DNA of 64,000 bases from Saprolegnia diclina VS20 (taxonomy: Eukaryota), in contig NW_008246078.1 of assembly GCF_000281045.1 (NCBI RefSeq), positions 173,328 to 237,327 of the forward strand, written 5' to 3'. Made by a program: the position numbers and the translations under genes. The notes under the pieces were generated by a model. It had not been told where the DNA came from. It saw nothing but the letters and a program-made list of their open reading frames with translations, and did no database searches. This document shows positions 12,821 to 25,088 of this stretch, one piece after another (within the stretch, counting starts at the first letter, position 1; every line of letters begins with the position of its first letter).

Positions 12821-13346
12821 GTTCGTCGGTACCAGTGATGAAAAACTCAAGTGCCAGCCACCAAGTCAGCTAGCAGCCTCATTTTCCATCGACCAATCAG
12901 ACGCCGCGGAGCACGCGATTGCGCGCCTGTGATTGGACAAAATGCCGAAATTCCAGCGCCCACCTGCAGTCATTCCGTACACGACCGTACATCCCGTACA
13001 TTCGCGTTGCCACGTATACGAACATTAGCGCGCCGACGCTTCCGCACGTCCGAGGTCCTTCTCATGCCATGGCTCTTGCTGGTATAGCACTTGCTTGCAT
13101 GTACCATGTCCTTGGGAAGTAGACGTTATCGAGTCAAGCCGCGTCATTCCTACAAAATGCGCTGGCCCGATCTTGGCAGCCAAAAGCAATTTCCGAAAGT
13201 AGTCGGTGAGACACCAGCCAACTTCGCACGCGTCGCCTCCAAGCTCTAAGCTTTTGCCAGCCGCGACGAGCGAATCCTCGCTACTCCAACAAGTGCACTG
13301 GCGAAGGACGTGGGTGATGACGGCAGGAAGCAGTCCACACCGCGGT

Positions 13347-13395
13347 TATCCGGACAGAACGTTGTATCCGGACAGAACGTTGTATCCGGACGTTG
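13347..13395. repeat. 18-bp tandem repeat (TATCCGGACAGAACGTTG, ~2.5 copies) in a divergent intergenic region
   Basis: Directly visible in the sequence. Confidence 0.85.
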
Positions 13396-13691
13396 GGTAC
13401 CTCGGACGATTCGATTTGGGTCGGCCACTTGTTTCAGCGCAATACGTGGCCGCTACGATAGCAGCCTATTGCAGCCCAGCTGTGGGCTATCTAGAGCGCG
13501 CATGTGCATGCGTCGTCCTGGCTGTGGGCTGTGGCGAGGACCCTGCACGCGCCGAAGCCTGCCGATGTACGGTGGTTTGGCCGGTTGTACGATGTACGCG
13601 AATAATGTACGTACGTGGAGGTTTCCGGATAATGCGGGTATTTTCCGGATGCGGCGATCGGTTTCACACGCGATCTTCAGTGCAAAGATCG

Positions 13692-15489
13692 ATGGGCAAC
13701 GCGCAGGCGCAGGTCGGGCGGACGGGAACCATCGGCCGCCATGAGGTCGAGGTCGTCAAGTACCTCGGCGAAGGCGGGTCGTCCTTCATCTTCCTCGTCA
13801 AGGACGCGCGGTCGGGCCAGCCCTATGTGCTCAAGCGTGTCGTCGCCAACGACGGGGTAGGCGGCTGCTGTATGCGAGTAGGGCTCATGGCATGTAGCCG
13901 TCCATGGAGCTCATCAAGAGCGAGATCGCACTCCAGCAGCGCTTCAAGCATGCAACGGTCGTCGAGTTTGTCGACTACGCCGAGCGCAAGGAGCGCCATG
14001 AGACCGAGGTGTATATCCTCATGGAGTACTGTCCCGGCGGCCATTTGTACGAAAACATGCGCAAGATGGGCGAGAAGCGCTTTAGCCAAGACGAGCTGCT
14101 CACGACGTTCAAGTCGCTCTGCGTGTACGTAGCCTCGTCGATCGATTTCTCGATCCAGCGAATTGTCATGGGTGTAGGCCGCTGCGGCTATTGCACCACC
14201 ACGATCCGCCGGTCGCGCACCGCGATATCAAGCTCGAAAACTACCTCCTTGCGAAAAACAACACGTACAAGCTCTGCGACTTTGGCTCGTGCGTCGTGGG
14301 CCCGCGCACGCTGGAGACCAAGGTACGCGATCGCCCTCGGATTCCAAGAGCAGTGACCGTTCTACGGCCCAGGCCGACCGCAATGCCGAGATCGACATGG
14401 TCGAGAAACGCACGACCGCCATGTACCGGTCGCCCGAGCTCGCCGACATTGAAGGCACGGCCATGTTTGGCGCCGCGCGTCTCACTGAAGCCGTCGACAT
14501 TTGGGTAATCCTGATACAATATCAATTCTTCAAGTGTCGCTCCGTAGGCGCTCGGGTGCGTCCTCTTTAACATGGCGTTCTTCCGGCCGCCGTTCCCGCC
14601 CGAGGGCCTTCGCACGTCCAAGTACACGGTGCCGCCCAACTCGTACTCGAGAGATCTGCCCGTGCTTATCAAGCGCATGCTGGCCGAGGACGTTGACGAG
14701 CGCGCGACGATCGACGACGTCATTGCGTGCGTCGACGCGATGCTCGCCGACAAGCCGTTGCCCAAGAAAGGGTCGGCGCCGCCGCCCGCGGTGGCCAAAC
14801 CGGCGCCAACGACCGCCAAGCCGCCGTCGCGGACGTCGTCGGGCATCCAAGTGGCTATCACGCCCAAGCCAGCGCTCGCGGTCGACTTGATGAGCGCGCC
14901 GCCGAGTGGGTTTGCCGACTTTGCCAACTTTTCGCCATCGAAAGGAGGCGGATTTGATGCGTTGAACACACCCGCGCCGACAGCACCGCTGCTGACGCCC
15001 CAGGACCCGTTTGGTGCGCCACCGCCGCCGCCCAACAAGGTCGTCGATACCTTTGGCTTTATCGTAAGTCCCACGAACGCAGCGCTGCCAGAGAAGCAAG
15101 CGCAGGCCCGCGACGCCTTTCGCGCGTTCGAAGAAGTCGACAAGCCACCGACGATGCCGTGGGCAGCGCACGGAAATGCCAACCCAATGTCGCCCATGGG
15201 CTTGCACAACCTGCAATCCCCTACCGCCAACTACAGCTACAACCAGCCACCGCCGGCGGGCTACGGTCAAGGTCAAGCGCCGCCGATGGGCTACGGCCAG
15301 CCACCTCAAGCAGGCTACGGCCAGCCACCTCAAGCAGGCTACGGCCAGCCACCGCCCATGGGGTATGGCCAGCCGCTCTCGTCTGGTGGCATGGCGCACC
15401 CGCCGCAACAAGGCATGCAGCAGCAAGGCATGCAAGCCCAAGGCCAAAGCAACCACAACTGGAAGGCGTCGTACGAGTTCAAGTTTTAA
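13692..15489 (+). CDS. NAK-family (AAK1/GAK-like) Ser/Thr kinase with Pro/Gln-rich tail, multi-exon
   Basis: YLGEGGSSFIFLV, YILMEYCPGG, PPVAHRDIKLEN, YKLCDFGS, RTTAMYRSPE. The tail has DPF and FADFANF adaptor-type motifs and GYGQPP repeats. N-terminus is MGNAQ. Confidence 0.9.
15258..15375 (+). repeat. Coding 24-bp tandem repeat (GYGQPPQA-like)
   Basis: ggctacggccagccacctcaagca and variants repeated within the kinase tail. Confidence 0.8.
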
Positions 15490-15526
15490 ATCGCTGCATA
15501 AGACAATAGTGTCTTGGACTATCGAC

Positions 15527-17155
15527 TTAGAGCTCATCGTGGCCATTGGCACGTGGCAGGTCGGCGCACGCCAGTGGCGTCTTGAGCTTGGCCGTGTAGA
15601 CACACGTCGAGGGCTCTTCAATCGCGTAGAGCTCTTCCTTCTCGTGGCACTCGATCGCGACCGTGAACGACCGCTCGGGGCCATTCCAGCACTTGGCACC
15701 GCCCGTAAACTTGAGCTCGTGCGCTGTCGCATCAAGCGGCTGCATGGTGCTACACAATGGAGCTCTTTACAACGTAGTGTCTTGAAGAGATAAGGATACC
15801 CGAGCGAGATGCTGTCTTGGGTCGCGCCGCCGAAGAAGCACATCTTGTACGTGTACTGCCCCGACGTCGCCGACACGCACGCGTCCTTGACCGCGAGGAA
15901 GATGTCGTCGACGCCATAGCTCTCGTCCAGCACAGTCTGCGCCTTCGAGAGGTCGTGGGTGGCAGTCGAGAGATCCCTCTCCGCCTCGGCCAAGGCATCG
16001 CGGGCTTCCTTGGCTCCTATGTCCGCCTTGCGCATGAGTCCTTGCATATGGAAATGCATAATGGCATCTACCAGGTCGCTCGGTCGCTTCGTCACTGGAA
16101 ACAGTCTCGAAGAGCGATGTGATGGGCCGGATCGGCGGCGTCGGCGTCGGCAGCGCTTCGAGCTCCGGCGGCACCTCGTCGGCCGTCGACGCCTCGCGGA
16201 GCTTGCGGCGCTCGTCGTTGACCGTGTTGAGACGCTCGACCTCGGCGCGATGGGCCTCGTCGTCCTTAATGTACTTGGCTTCGAGCGCCTCGATGCGAGA
16301 CGACGACGGTGCACCCGCGGCCCGGAGCGCCGTCAGCACCTCGTCCTTGGAGTAGAGCTTGAGCGAGAGGTCGATGATGACAGACGAGAGCTGCTCGGTT
16401 GTCAAGTCGTAGAGACCCAACGTTGCAGCTACGTTCCGACGCGAGCGTTCGGACGCTTGGCGGCGCTCCTGGAGTTCCAGCGCTTCTTCCGCTGCCTTGA
16501 CTTTCGTGGCGGCGGCGACCTCGGCCTCGAGCTTTCGTTTGGTCGCCTCCAAGTCGGTGCGCTTGCGGTAGTGCTCTTCTTTCGATTGTTTGGCTTTGGC
16601 CACCAAGAGCTGCCGCGCCGCGCGCCCGCCGGCTTCGGCGGCGTGCTTGGTCGCCATCTTCTGGTCGTACGCAGCCTTGAGGGTCGCACATGTGTTGCTG
16701 CATGACGCAGGCGCAGCGTACTCGTCGCTACCGTCGCAGCAATCTAGTACGAGGTTCTGTGAGAGTGGCATATCGCAGGATACGCACCGCAGATGCCATC
16801 GTTGACCCGCGATGTCGGGATGTCGGACGCAAAGTACCCTTGGTTCAAGCAGTGGAAGAGGACGCTTGTGTGCGAGCACGCGGAGGTGCCAGGCTCGTCG
16901 CTGCCATCGGCGCAGTCGCAAAAGTCATCGTTGACACTCGAGATCGGCAACGACTTGTGCCCGTCGTCACAAGTCAACTACAATAGACACGTGGCATCGT
17001 GAGGACGCGACCTTGGATTCGCATGCCATCGTCGGCGGCCGTACCGTGGAGGCAGCTGCGACCTTAGTACGCAGCTCGGGCGTCAGGCCATGCAGGCTCG
17101 AAGGGGCGGCGCCCGCTGCGAGCGCGAGGACGGCGAGGACGGCCAGTCGGAGCAT
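15527..17155 (-). CDS. Glucosidase II beta subunit (PRKCSH-like), multi-exon
   Basis: Signal peptide MLRLAVLAVLALAAGA; VNDDFCDCADGSDEPGTSAC; RVNDGIC...CCDGSDE; MRH domain YTYKMCFF...GAKCWNGPERS...EEPSTCVY; C-terminal HDEL. Confidence 0.93.
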
Positions 17156-17535
17156 TGCTGTCCGCAAGATCGAGGTGCAAATACTTTTATTCAACCGACG
17201 TCGCGGATTTCTTTATCATTAATTTATTCACTTACAAACACCAAGCTATTATTTTAGAAAAGCATGACATACAATACTATGCGGTTTTTACGTTGTGGAT
17301 AAATACACGCCATTTTCAAGGCTGGACGCTGAGTACCTCGCTGCCCATGACTCCAAGCGCCTCCATCTCGCAGTACAAGCGTGCTCTCATACGATTTTAA
17401 CAGTAGGTATGGCAGACGTCGTAGCGACCGTTGGCTAAAGAGTATGGCAGCAGGCACGTGGCGCATTGAGTGGCGTGCAAATAGACTATTGCATGCGTCC
17501 GGTTCGACAGTCGTCAAACTCAACAAACCACAAGG

Positions 17536-17958
17536 ATGATCCGAGCCAAGGTCCTGCCCGAGGTGCTCCGCCAAGGCCTCGGCGATGGCGTCGCCGCCAT
17601 CCTCCTCATGACCGTCGACGGCGCGCTCCTCGGGTCTGTCGGCGCCATGAGCCCCTCGTCGACGCCGTCGCATGCGTCGGGCGTCGAGCCGGCGGTCGAT
17701 GTCAAGGTCGTCGGCGCCATCGCGGCCAACGTATGGGCCGAGTACGAGCACTCGGCCAAGGAAATCTTTCCGACCGAGGACCTCCGCGTGCTCTTCCTCG
17801 AGTTCCAGAAGGACAAATGCTTGGCGGTCACGTCGGCCAGCGCCGGGTACCTCCTCTGCGCGTACTCGGACGGGAAGGCGCCCATGGGCCTCCTCAAGAA
17901 GAAGCTCGAGACGCTGCAGCCGTACCTGAAAGAAGCCTTGGAGAAGATCCAAGTCTAA
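17536..17958 (+). CDS. Roadblock/LC7-domain protein, LAMTOR2-like
   Basis: MIRAKVLPEVLRQ...ILLMTVDGALL...AIAANVWAEY...YLLCAYSDGKAPMGLLKKKLETLQPYLKEAL resembles Ragulator p14. Confidence 0.78.
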   Translation: MIRAKVLPEVLRQGLGDGVAAILLMTVDGALLGSVGAMSPSSTPSHASGVEPAVDVKVVGAIAANVWAEYEHSAKEIFPTEDLRVLFLEFQKDKCLAVTSASAGYLLCAYSDGKAPMGLLKKKLETLQPYLKEALEKIQV

Positions 17959-18806
17959 GCCGCCGCACAATACATACTACGTTTACCCGTCTTCCACGAT
18001 GCAGTCCGAGACAGCTCGCATGAGCTTTGTGGCCACTCGCCCCTGCCCGTCAATACCCTGCCAGGGACAACCCTTGAGCAGCCTAGCAGCGGCGCTGCCA
18101 AGCCATCGTCATGTATATAAGTTCTCGGTTGCCCGGCCTTTCGGGCGCATTCAGACTCTCGTAGCAGCAGCTGCTGCAAAGGCTGCGAAGGAGGCAAGTA
18201 TGTAGAATGCATCCTGGCCTTTTTCATCGCAGCACTCTGGTGCTCAATTCGATTGAAAGAAAAGCCCACCCAGATGTGCCCAGATGTGGTGCGATCACGC
18301 TCCAGATTTCGCAATCGGCAATGTTGTCGTCGTCGTCCACGCCAGAGCATGCCTACAACGTTGCAGCCATTGATTGATCCACAGCCTTGGATTTGTGCTG
18401 AAAGGAATGCAGTACCGTTCTCGGTACTTACAAAGGAAACGAATTTGGGACGTTGGCCGCACGACGCAAGGCTGGTCTGTGTACCAAGGAACATAAATAT
18501 AGTCCTTGGTATAACATACTAGTATCTTGATTGCTCGAAGGTCTTGCCAAAGCCTGCGGGGCCGGATCGATAGTACTGCGTGTGGCTTGTTGATACCGAC
18601 TTCCTTCGTATCATCTCGTAGCGCGCCTTGCACATCGCACATCGATGTCTCGAGGCCGACTCGTCGCCGCGGAGTGTTCTGCATGCTTCTCAGGAATGAC
18701 GTCTCTGACCCTTGACCCTCTACCTATTCTCATGCTACACCTTGCGCACTGCCGACAGCAACACCACACGACACGACCAGGATAAATACAATCTACAAGA
18801 GGGTGC

Positions 18807-19097
18807 TTACGAAGTCTGCAAGACGTGGACGAGCGACTGCAAGCGCACGCGGTGGCTTCTTGGGTCTTCGAGGCTTGCAATGACGTCGTCGATTTTGAAC
18901 GGTGCGATCGCGTCGCCTTCTTGGTGGGCGTGGTCGACGAGCTCGTGCACAAACTGTCGGACGTCGTCGGGGTCCATCTCGCCCGTCCCGTCATCGTAGA
19001 AGATGTCGGCCAAGTACGCGTAGAGAAGACTGCTTTGGTCGACCGCGTCCCAATGGACCTTGACGTGCATTGGACTGGACATGGCGGTGGTGGCCAT
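18807..19097 (-). CDS. Small uncharacterised protein, tandem family copy 1 (EF-hand-like loop)
   Basis: 96 aa; HWDAVDQSSLLYAYLADIFYDDGTGEMDPDDVRQFVHEL; aligns with three downstream paralogs. Confidence 0.7.
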   Translation of the reverse strand: MATTAMSSPMHVKVHWDAVDQSSLLYAYLADIFYDDGTGEMDPDDVRQFVHELVDHAHQEGDAIAPFKIDDVIASLEDPRSHRVRLQSLVHVLQTS

Positions 19098-20188
19098 ACT
19101 TGGCAAACTTGAAAATGATGGCCAACGGCAACGGCAATCTGGCGCCACGATTGTGATTGGCTAATGCGGCGGCCAATCGAATGCGCGCCGATCGATCTAC
19201 CGAATACGATATCCACATGGCGACGCAATCGCCACGTTGTCGCAGTCCGAGTTCGCAGCGAAAGTTTATGACGTGGAGGGTGCTAACGTGCACCTGTAGC
19301 ATGGGTGCGCAACCTCCCGAAAGGCTGGTTGTAGCGAACTCTGCGGCCTTCGATGGCGTCGCCGACGAATCGATATACATCTGATCGCACACCATGCACG
19401 GTTGGGGCAAATGCGATAGGGCACATCTCGCAATCGTCGTTCGCGTCGTCGGGCAAACTCTAGTTTCTTCTCGCTGATTTCGTTCGTTTGGCAGCTGGGC
19501 GTTTCTCATGCAACTGCTAGAGCGATGCGAAGCACCGTTGTCATGCTCGTTGAAGATGCATTGTGAATGTTTATGGAGCCAGCAACCACCGTGTAATCGA
19601 CGCGGGAGTCAATTCGCATGATCAATTCCTCTTGATTGCACATATTGCTTTGAAAATGAGGGCGAATGCTAGTTCCAAAAGCCTCATCGATCGCGCAATG
19701 TCATGGCACAGCGCAATCCAACCGTTGTGGCGGCAACATCTTCATTCCACCGCGAACCAACCAGTACGACGAGCCATTTCAGATAACGGGTCGGGTCGTT
19801 AATAGAATACTCCACTCGAGTGCAAAATGTTCGAATGCACTTGGCCATGTCTACCTAGCACGACGAGCTAGCACGACACAAGCAAAATGACAGCCACGTC
19901 TACTGAAGCGGTCTGTCTTTTTCGCGGGCGCAAAAACGCGATTGCTCTCGAACGATCTTGTGCATTAGTCGTGTGAGAGCAACTTCAAGCCAACCGTGGG
20001 CTGTCGTTGACGTCATCGAAAGTAGTGTGGCACTCACCAATCCGTTTGTGCCCTTTGCATAGTAGCCTCGATCCACTCGCAACCTTAATGAAGTAGCAAC
20101 TACCAATCACAGAGAGCAAACGAATACTAGTTAGTAGATAGTGTACACTGTTAGATAGATAGTTGGTGCGAGCGGAATGAGCAAAGTC

Positions 20189-20524
20189 TCAGTCGCTGAC
20201 GAGGAGGCCGAGCTCTTCGATGAGCGTTAAAAGACGCACGTAGCCTGGTCGACCGCTCTCGCTCGCAAGCGCTTCGAACCCGTCGTCGACGTCGAACGCG
20301 TCCATCTCGTTGCCTTCGTAGGCCACTTGGTCGGAGAAGGCGCGGACGAATGCCATGACGTCGGCCTTGTTGAGAAAGAGGTCGCCGCCACCAAAGTAGA
20401 CGTGGGCAAAGTACGGGTAGAGCGGGCTGTGGCTGTCGAGGCTGTGCCAATCGAGCACCGGCAGCAAACTAGAATTGTTGTCGTCGAGGACGGGCGGTGC
20501 AACGCTCATGGTCTGGCCCATCAT
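20189..20524 (-). CDS. Small uncharacterised protein, tandem family copy 2
   Basis: DWHSLDSHSPLYPYFAHVYFGGGDLFLNKADVMAFVRAF...FDVDDGFEAL...VRLLTLIEEL. Confidence 0.75.
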   Translation of the reverse strand: MMGQTMSVAPPVLDDNNSSLLPVLDWHSLDSHSPLYPYFAHVYFGGGDLFLNKADVMAFVRAFSDQVAYEGNEMDAFDVDDGFEALASESGRPGYVRLLTLIEELGLLVSD

Positions 20525-21098
20525 GCTACTCGACTTGCGCGGTCGCGGGAAACTTGAATTGTGACGGATATCGGCGCTGGCCATTTGGCGTGCGACACTG
20601 CGAGCGGGTACATGAGAAAGAATCGAGAAAGGACCATTGATTTGTGGCATTTGGGCTACGCGACGGCATCGCGTCATCACAACGTCGGACCACAGCACGT
20701 TGTTGTCGAGGTTACCGCTCTGGAGACCATCACGGGCAAAGGCTGACGTCTTCGGGCTATTCGTATTGGTCGTAGGACTGCCATCATAAACTACAACGCC
20801 ACAAAAATACACCAGGACGACCATGTTCTCCGCGTGGCTACATGGCTTTGTACGAGCAAACATCGTTTAAGGCCAGCGAAGTCGGCGACGAGGCAGCGGA
20901 ATTCACTTCTGGACCATGCGGTGGAGTCCCGTCGAGTGCACTGGCACGTCTTAAACAGACGTTCTGGGTCCGACGACAACCACGCAATTCAATTATGTGT
21001 TTTTCTTCTCTATTTCCTGATTCAAAGGCCAATTCGAAGCTAAATAGTGGTTGTCGTTGTCACTTTGTGTGGCGTCACGTCCCCGACGGGCGCCATTT

Positions 21099-21407
21099 CT
21101 ACTCGGACTGCACGAATACAACTAGCTCTTCGACGAGCGCATATAAATGAATGTGTCCGCTCGAAGACAAGGCGCAGAGACCGGCGTCGACGTCGAAAAG
21201 CTCGAGCGACACGCCTTCATTGGTGCAAAATGCGACGAACTCGCGCACAAACTGATGCGCTTCGGCCACCTCGAGCGTGAGGTCCTCGCCGCCGTAAAAG
21301 AGGTGCACCAAATACCCGTAGAGGGCGCTGGACCGGTCCAAGTGGTTCCACGACGCAGTGCTGCGCGGGAGGAGCGCGTTGGAAGGAGGCGTCGCCGTCC
21401 GTGACAT
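21099..21407 (-). CDS. Small uncharacterised protein, tandem family copy 3
   Basis: SWNHLDRSSALYGYLVHLFYGGEDLTLEVAEAHQFVREF...FDVDAGLCAL...IHLYALVEEL. Confidence 0.75.
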   Translation of the reverse strand: MSRTATPPSNALLPRSTASWNHLDRSSALYGYLVHLFYGGEDLTLEVAEAHQFVREFVAFCTNEGVSLELFDVDAGLCALSSSGHIHLYALVEELVVFVQSE

Positions 21408-22209
21408 GGCGGTTGGAGATGTGCGGTACTTAATGGGAAGTGAGCCGCCGCTCGGATCTTTCTCGGTGTCATACGTGATTGGCTGAAAAATATCGGCGGC
21501 CAAACATGATCCAATCAAATGCGCGGAACTGTTTCGGATGATGCCCACCGTGGCCACATTGATAATCCTGTACCAACTTAGTAGACATGCCGCTTTGCTT
21601 GGGCTCGTGGCCGCCGATGTTGTTCTTTGCAAAAGCTCTAAGCATTAGAAGAGTGGTATGATCTCATCTCGCGTTGTGGCGCAGCTCGTCCCGTGCGGGT
21701 CAGGTGCAGTGCGCTGTCTTGAAGATACCGGTACATCCGTTGGCCCTTCACTCTGCGTCTTATTGATGATATCCAAACGTTACTCTTGAGACACTGCACG
21801 CGGCCATTCCTGGCTCTTCGCGATCGCTCTGACGCCAAGCCCCTTCTGTTTGTGGCAACCGCGCGCTGCTACCACAATGTTGTGCGCCGCGGACTGGCCT
21901 CTTCGCGCCTCGCGGGCGAGTCCGAACTCAAGTTGACTTCAACGAACGCTGTGATGTTGCACCGTAGCGCCATTGGTCGTGAATTGTAGTGCTGCGTGCG
22001 CTGTAATTCGTGCCAGTACTTTGTAGCGCGTGGTCGTTGGGAGTGGTGGGCAGCGTTGAGAGAGATTTACTGTACTGCATTCCGTCCTAGTGGCCCCACT
22101 TTCGAGTGATAACGTCAATGTTCTAGGTGTGGAAAGATTGGTAGTATTTACTTCGTTCATAAATATAAAGTCTAACGATAAAGATAGTCTACTGTGATTG
22201 CGTGGACGG

Positions 22210-22524
22210 CTATACTAGCAGGAGGCAGAGCTCTTCAATCAAGCGTGCCATGCTGATGCGGCCGTCCGCGCGCGTGAGCGCGTTGAGACCGTCCGAGAGG
22301 TTGACGTCGTCCACGACGCCGCCTTGGCGAGCAACTTCAACGGTAAACTCGCGCACAAAGGCGATGGCTTCGTCGCGACTGAGGAGGAGGTCGTCGCCGC
22401 CATAGTAAAGGTGGGCAAAGTACGAGTAGAGGAGGCTGTCGGGGTGGAGCTGGTTCCACGCAATGACGCTTGGACGCTGCAGTGGCAGAGCCTTGGGCAT
22501 GCAGAGAAGGAGGTTGTGTTGCAT
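22210..22524 (-). CDS. Small uncharacterised protein, tandem family copy 4
   Basis: AWNQLHPDSLLYSYFAHLYYGGDDLLLSRDEAIAFVREF...VNLSDGLNAL...ISMARLIEEL. Confidence 0.75.
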   Translation of the reverse strand: MQHNLLLCMPKALPLQRPSVIAWNQLHPDSLLYSYFAHLYYGGDDLLLSRDEAIAFVREFTVEVARQGGVVDDVNLSDGLNALTRADGRISMARLIEELCLLLV

Positions 22525-24254
22525 CGTGGATCAAGTTTTGAAATGACAATGGCGCGAGCGTGTTGGGTGAAGGGTCGCTGGACGTACCGAACACCGTCGT
22601 GGCACGTCGCGGACGGTTTCATTGGCGCGTCGAATTTCTTTTCGGCCAATCAATGGCGCTGAAATGTTTTTGCAGTGGCCGGATTGGTGGAATCTGTCAC
22701 ACGGCTGGCACACACGCGCCATCTCGGGATCGTTCGTCGCAGACCCGACGGAGACTTCCGCGAAGCCGTCGCAGGTGGCAGCGTCGCAGTTGGGCGTCGC
22801 GCTCGCTGGCGTTTGCAGCAGATGATTGAGCACTTGGCTCGTGGAAAGCATCGTGTCGAGGATGTAGCATAAAACGGTGTCATGGCCAGACCCACCGTCA
22901 GACACGCGCCAAGATTCTTCGAGATATTTGATTAGGTTTTGCTTGGTCTCGTGCTGGGATTGGTCGAGACGAAAAAAAACGTCAAGTTGATAACGCAGCT
23001 GAGGTGGCAGGAGAATTTGCCAGTTGATGCCACTCAGACCATCTCAGTGCCATCAACTGGCGTCAACGTCAGACGTTGATGCCATGTGATGGCCACCGGT
23101 CGCGGGTCGCGACACGAAGGCGCAACTGTTTTCCACGTATTGTCCTGGAAAAAGCAAAAAACTCGTACGAAAATGGAGTTGAAACTAACAACAGCAACAA
23201 ACCTAAGTTCTGAGCTTACGGCTACGGACATTGAAGGTATTTCTGCACCAAAAGCGACGTTGACCACGTCGTTCCTGGATGGTACATGTTTGCAAATGGA
23301 GTGGAGCGAAAAGGACAAGGATCTCGACTCGATGCATGCCATCACTCGATGGTGATGATTTGCGAGGATGATTGCTCCATCTTTCGTCCTTTTGGCCGAG
23401 GGACATGGCGTGCGAGATTCGAGATAAGCGTCTCTCCGACCAGCAATATATATGGCTCGCAGTGAAGTCGTCAGAGCCATAAAATGCTTGTAAGTGCTCA
23501 AACATTCTATGTTTTCAATGGAAGACGCCGGAAAACAGGTCGAGGGGATGTGTCTTTCACAAGCGCGCTTCTCTCTACGGACCCTTGCAGTTTCCCTTGC
23601 CGACGCCTCTGCAAGTACCGCGAAACTTCCCAAAAATATATTCGACATCGGCGCTGCTCGCATCGCTCGCTCTCAACTGCTCGGTGGCCCACAAGACGCG
23701 CACGTGCTGCCAACGTTCCGCAGCATCGATAATTGGTGCGTGTCGTTAGCACCGCGCGGCGAGACGTAGACCCTCGCCGGCCGCATCAAGGCCATTCGCA
23801 GTGGTTCACAGTGCCGACTTTGGCGCGGATGCATCTTCCATGTTTAAAACATCCCAATTTCAAGCGTTTTAAACACTCAGATCTCAGTTGGCATTCGCTG
23901 AATTCACTGTTGGTGACGTGGGTACCTGAGAAGGACGGCTCCATGCACCGAAGCCTGGCTTTATACCTTAGCTTGGCTTTATATTCGTGAACATAGTTGG
24001 ACCTGTGGCTCACAAGTAGTATTCTTGAACGTGCCAATCGAAGGCCGGACAGAGCTGTTGGACAGGTCATGTCGATCGACCAACATTCCTTTTCTCAACC
24101 GCGTGCATCGCGCGCGCCGATTGGCGGATGCCACTCAAACTCAAACTCAATTGGCACCCATGTCCGCAGTAATGGGCGAAAAGTTTGACGCCAGCGGCCA
24201 CTTGGAGCCGTTGGACACGCGACGCGCGGCTCCACATTGCAGTGCATTCCGCAA

Positions 24255-25088
24255 ATGAGCATGGCGTCGACACTCGTACCGCGTTCGCTGCTACTGCTAC
24301 CGTTCTTTCTCCATGTCGCGTCGAGCCTCAGCGTCGGCGGCAACAGCACGTTCGACAACCAAGTCAACAAGATCCTGCACTGGACCGGCGACGACTTTGC
24401 CAGCCTTGGGCTCGGGCCCGAGATCGTCGCCGGCGTCGCGATCGGCGCGGGCCTCCTCGCGACCTTCGTTGGCTACAAGCTTGTGCGGCCCACAATCTTT
24501 CTCGCCGGCTTCACGCTCGGGTCCGTGGGCTTTTTCCTCCTCGCCGAGCGCCTCTTTGCCAATGCGTCGTACATTGACACGGCGTGCTGGATCGCGTTCT
24601 TTGTCGGCGGCTTCCTCGTTGGTAGCTTTGTGCTCTGGCTCTACAAGCTCGGTATCTTTTGCGTCGGTGCGCTCGCTGGCGTCCTGCTCGCAACCCAAAT
24701 TCACAACTCGTTTGGGTACTTGATCTACCCGTCGAGCCCCAACACGGTGCTACTCGTGCTGCTCGTGGTGCTCGGCCTCGGTCTTGGCCTCGTCGCGCTC
24801 AAGCTCGAGCGTCCGTTTCTGGTGTTTGCGTCGAGCTGCTTTGGCGCAATTAGCGTGGTCTGGGGCATTGGCTTCTTCGCCGGCGGGTACCCGAACGCAG
24901 CGTACCTCCAAAAGACCTTTGCCAACGGCGACTGGATCTACCACATCCCGAGCTCGTGGTGGTATTACCTCGCAGGCACCGTCGTGCTCTGCGGCCTCGG
25001 CATCGCGGTTCAGTTCCAAGAGCTCAACAAGACCAAGCGCGCCGCGGCGTCTTGCTGCGGTGCGTATGGAGCACGAAGGCCAGCGTGA
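24255..25088 (+). CDS. Multi-pass membrane protein, TMEM198/DUF4203-like
   Basis: Signal peptide, then about 7 hydrophobic helices with FVGYKLVRPTIFLAGF, GIFCVGALAG and LERPFLVFASSCFGA motifs. Confidence 0.75.
   Translation: MSMASTLVPRSLLLLPFFLHVASSLSVGGNSTFDNQVNKILHWTGDDFASLGLGPEIVAGVAIGAGLLATFVGYKLVRPTIFLAGFTLGSVGFFLLAERLFANASYIDTACWIAFFVGGFLVGSFVLWLYKLGIFCVGALAGVLLATQIHNSFGYLIYPSSPNTVLLVLLVVLGLGLGLVALKLERPFLVFASSCFGAISVVWGIGFFAGGYPNAAYLQKTFANGDWIYHIPSSWWYYLAGTVVLCGLGIAVQFQELNKTKRAAASCCGAYGARRPA

Noticed and set aside
13347..13395. 18-bp repeat as a CRISPR-like array
   Set aside because: No spacers, about 2.5 units, eukaryotic context, no cas genes.
23034..23663. 209-aa minus-strand ORF
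   Set aside because: Codon usage unlike the neighbouring genes and no recognisable motif. It could be a decayed element, but that is unsupported.
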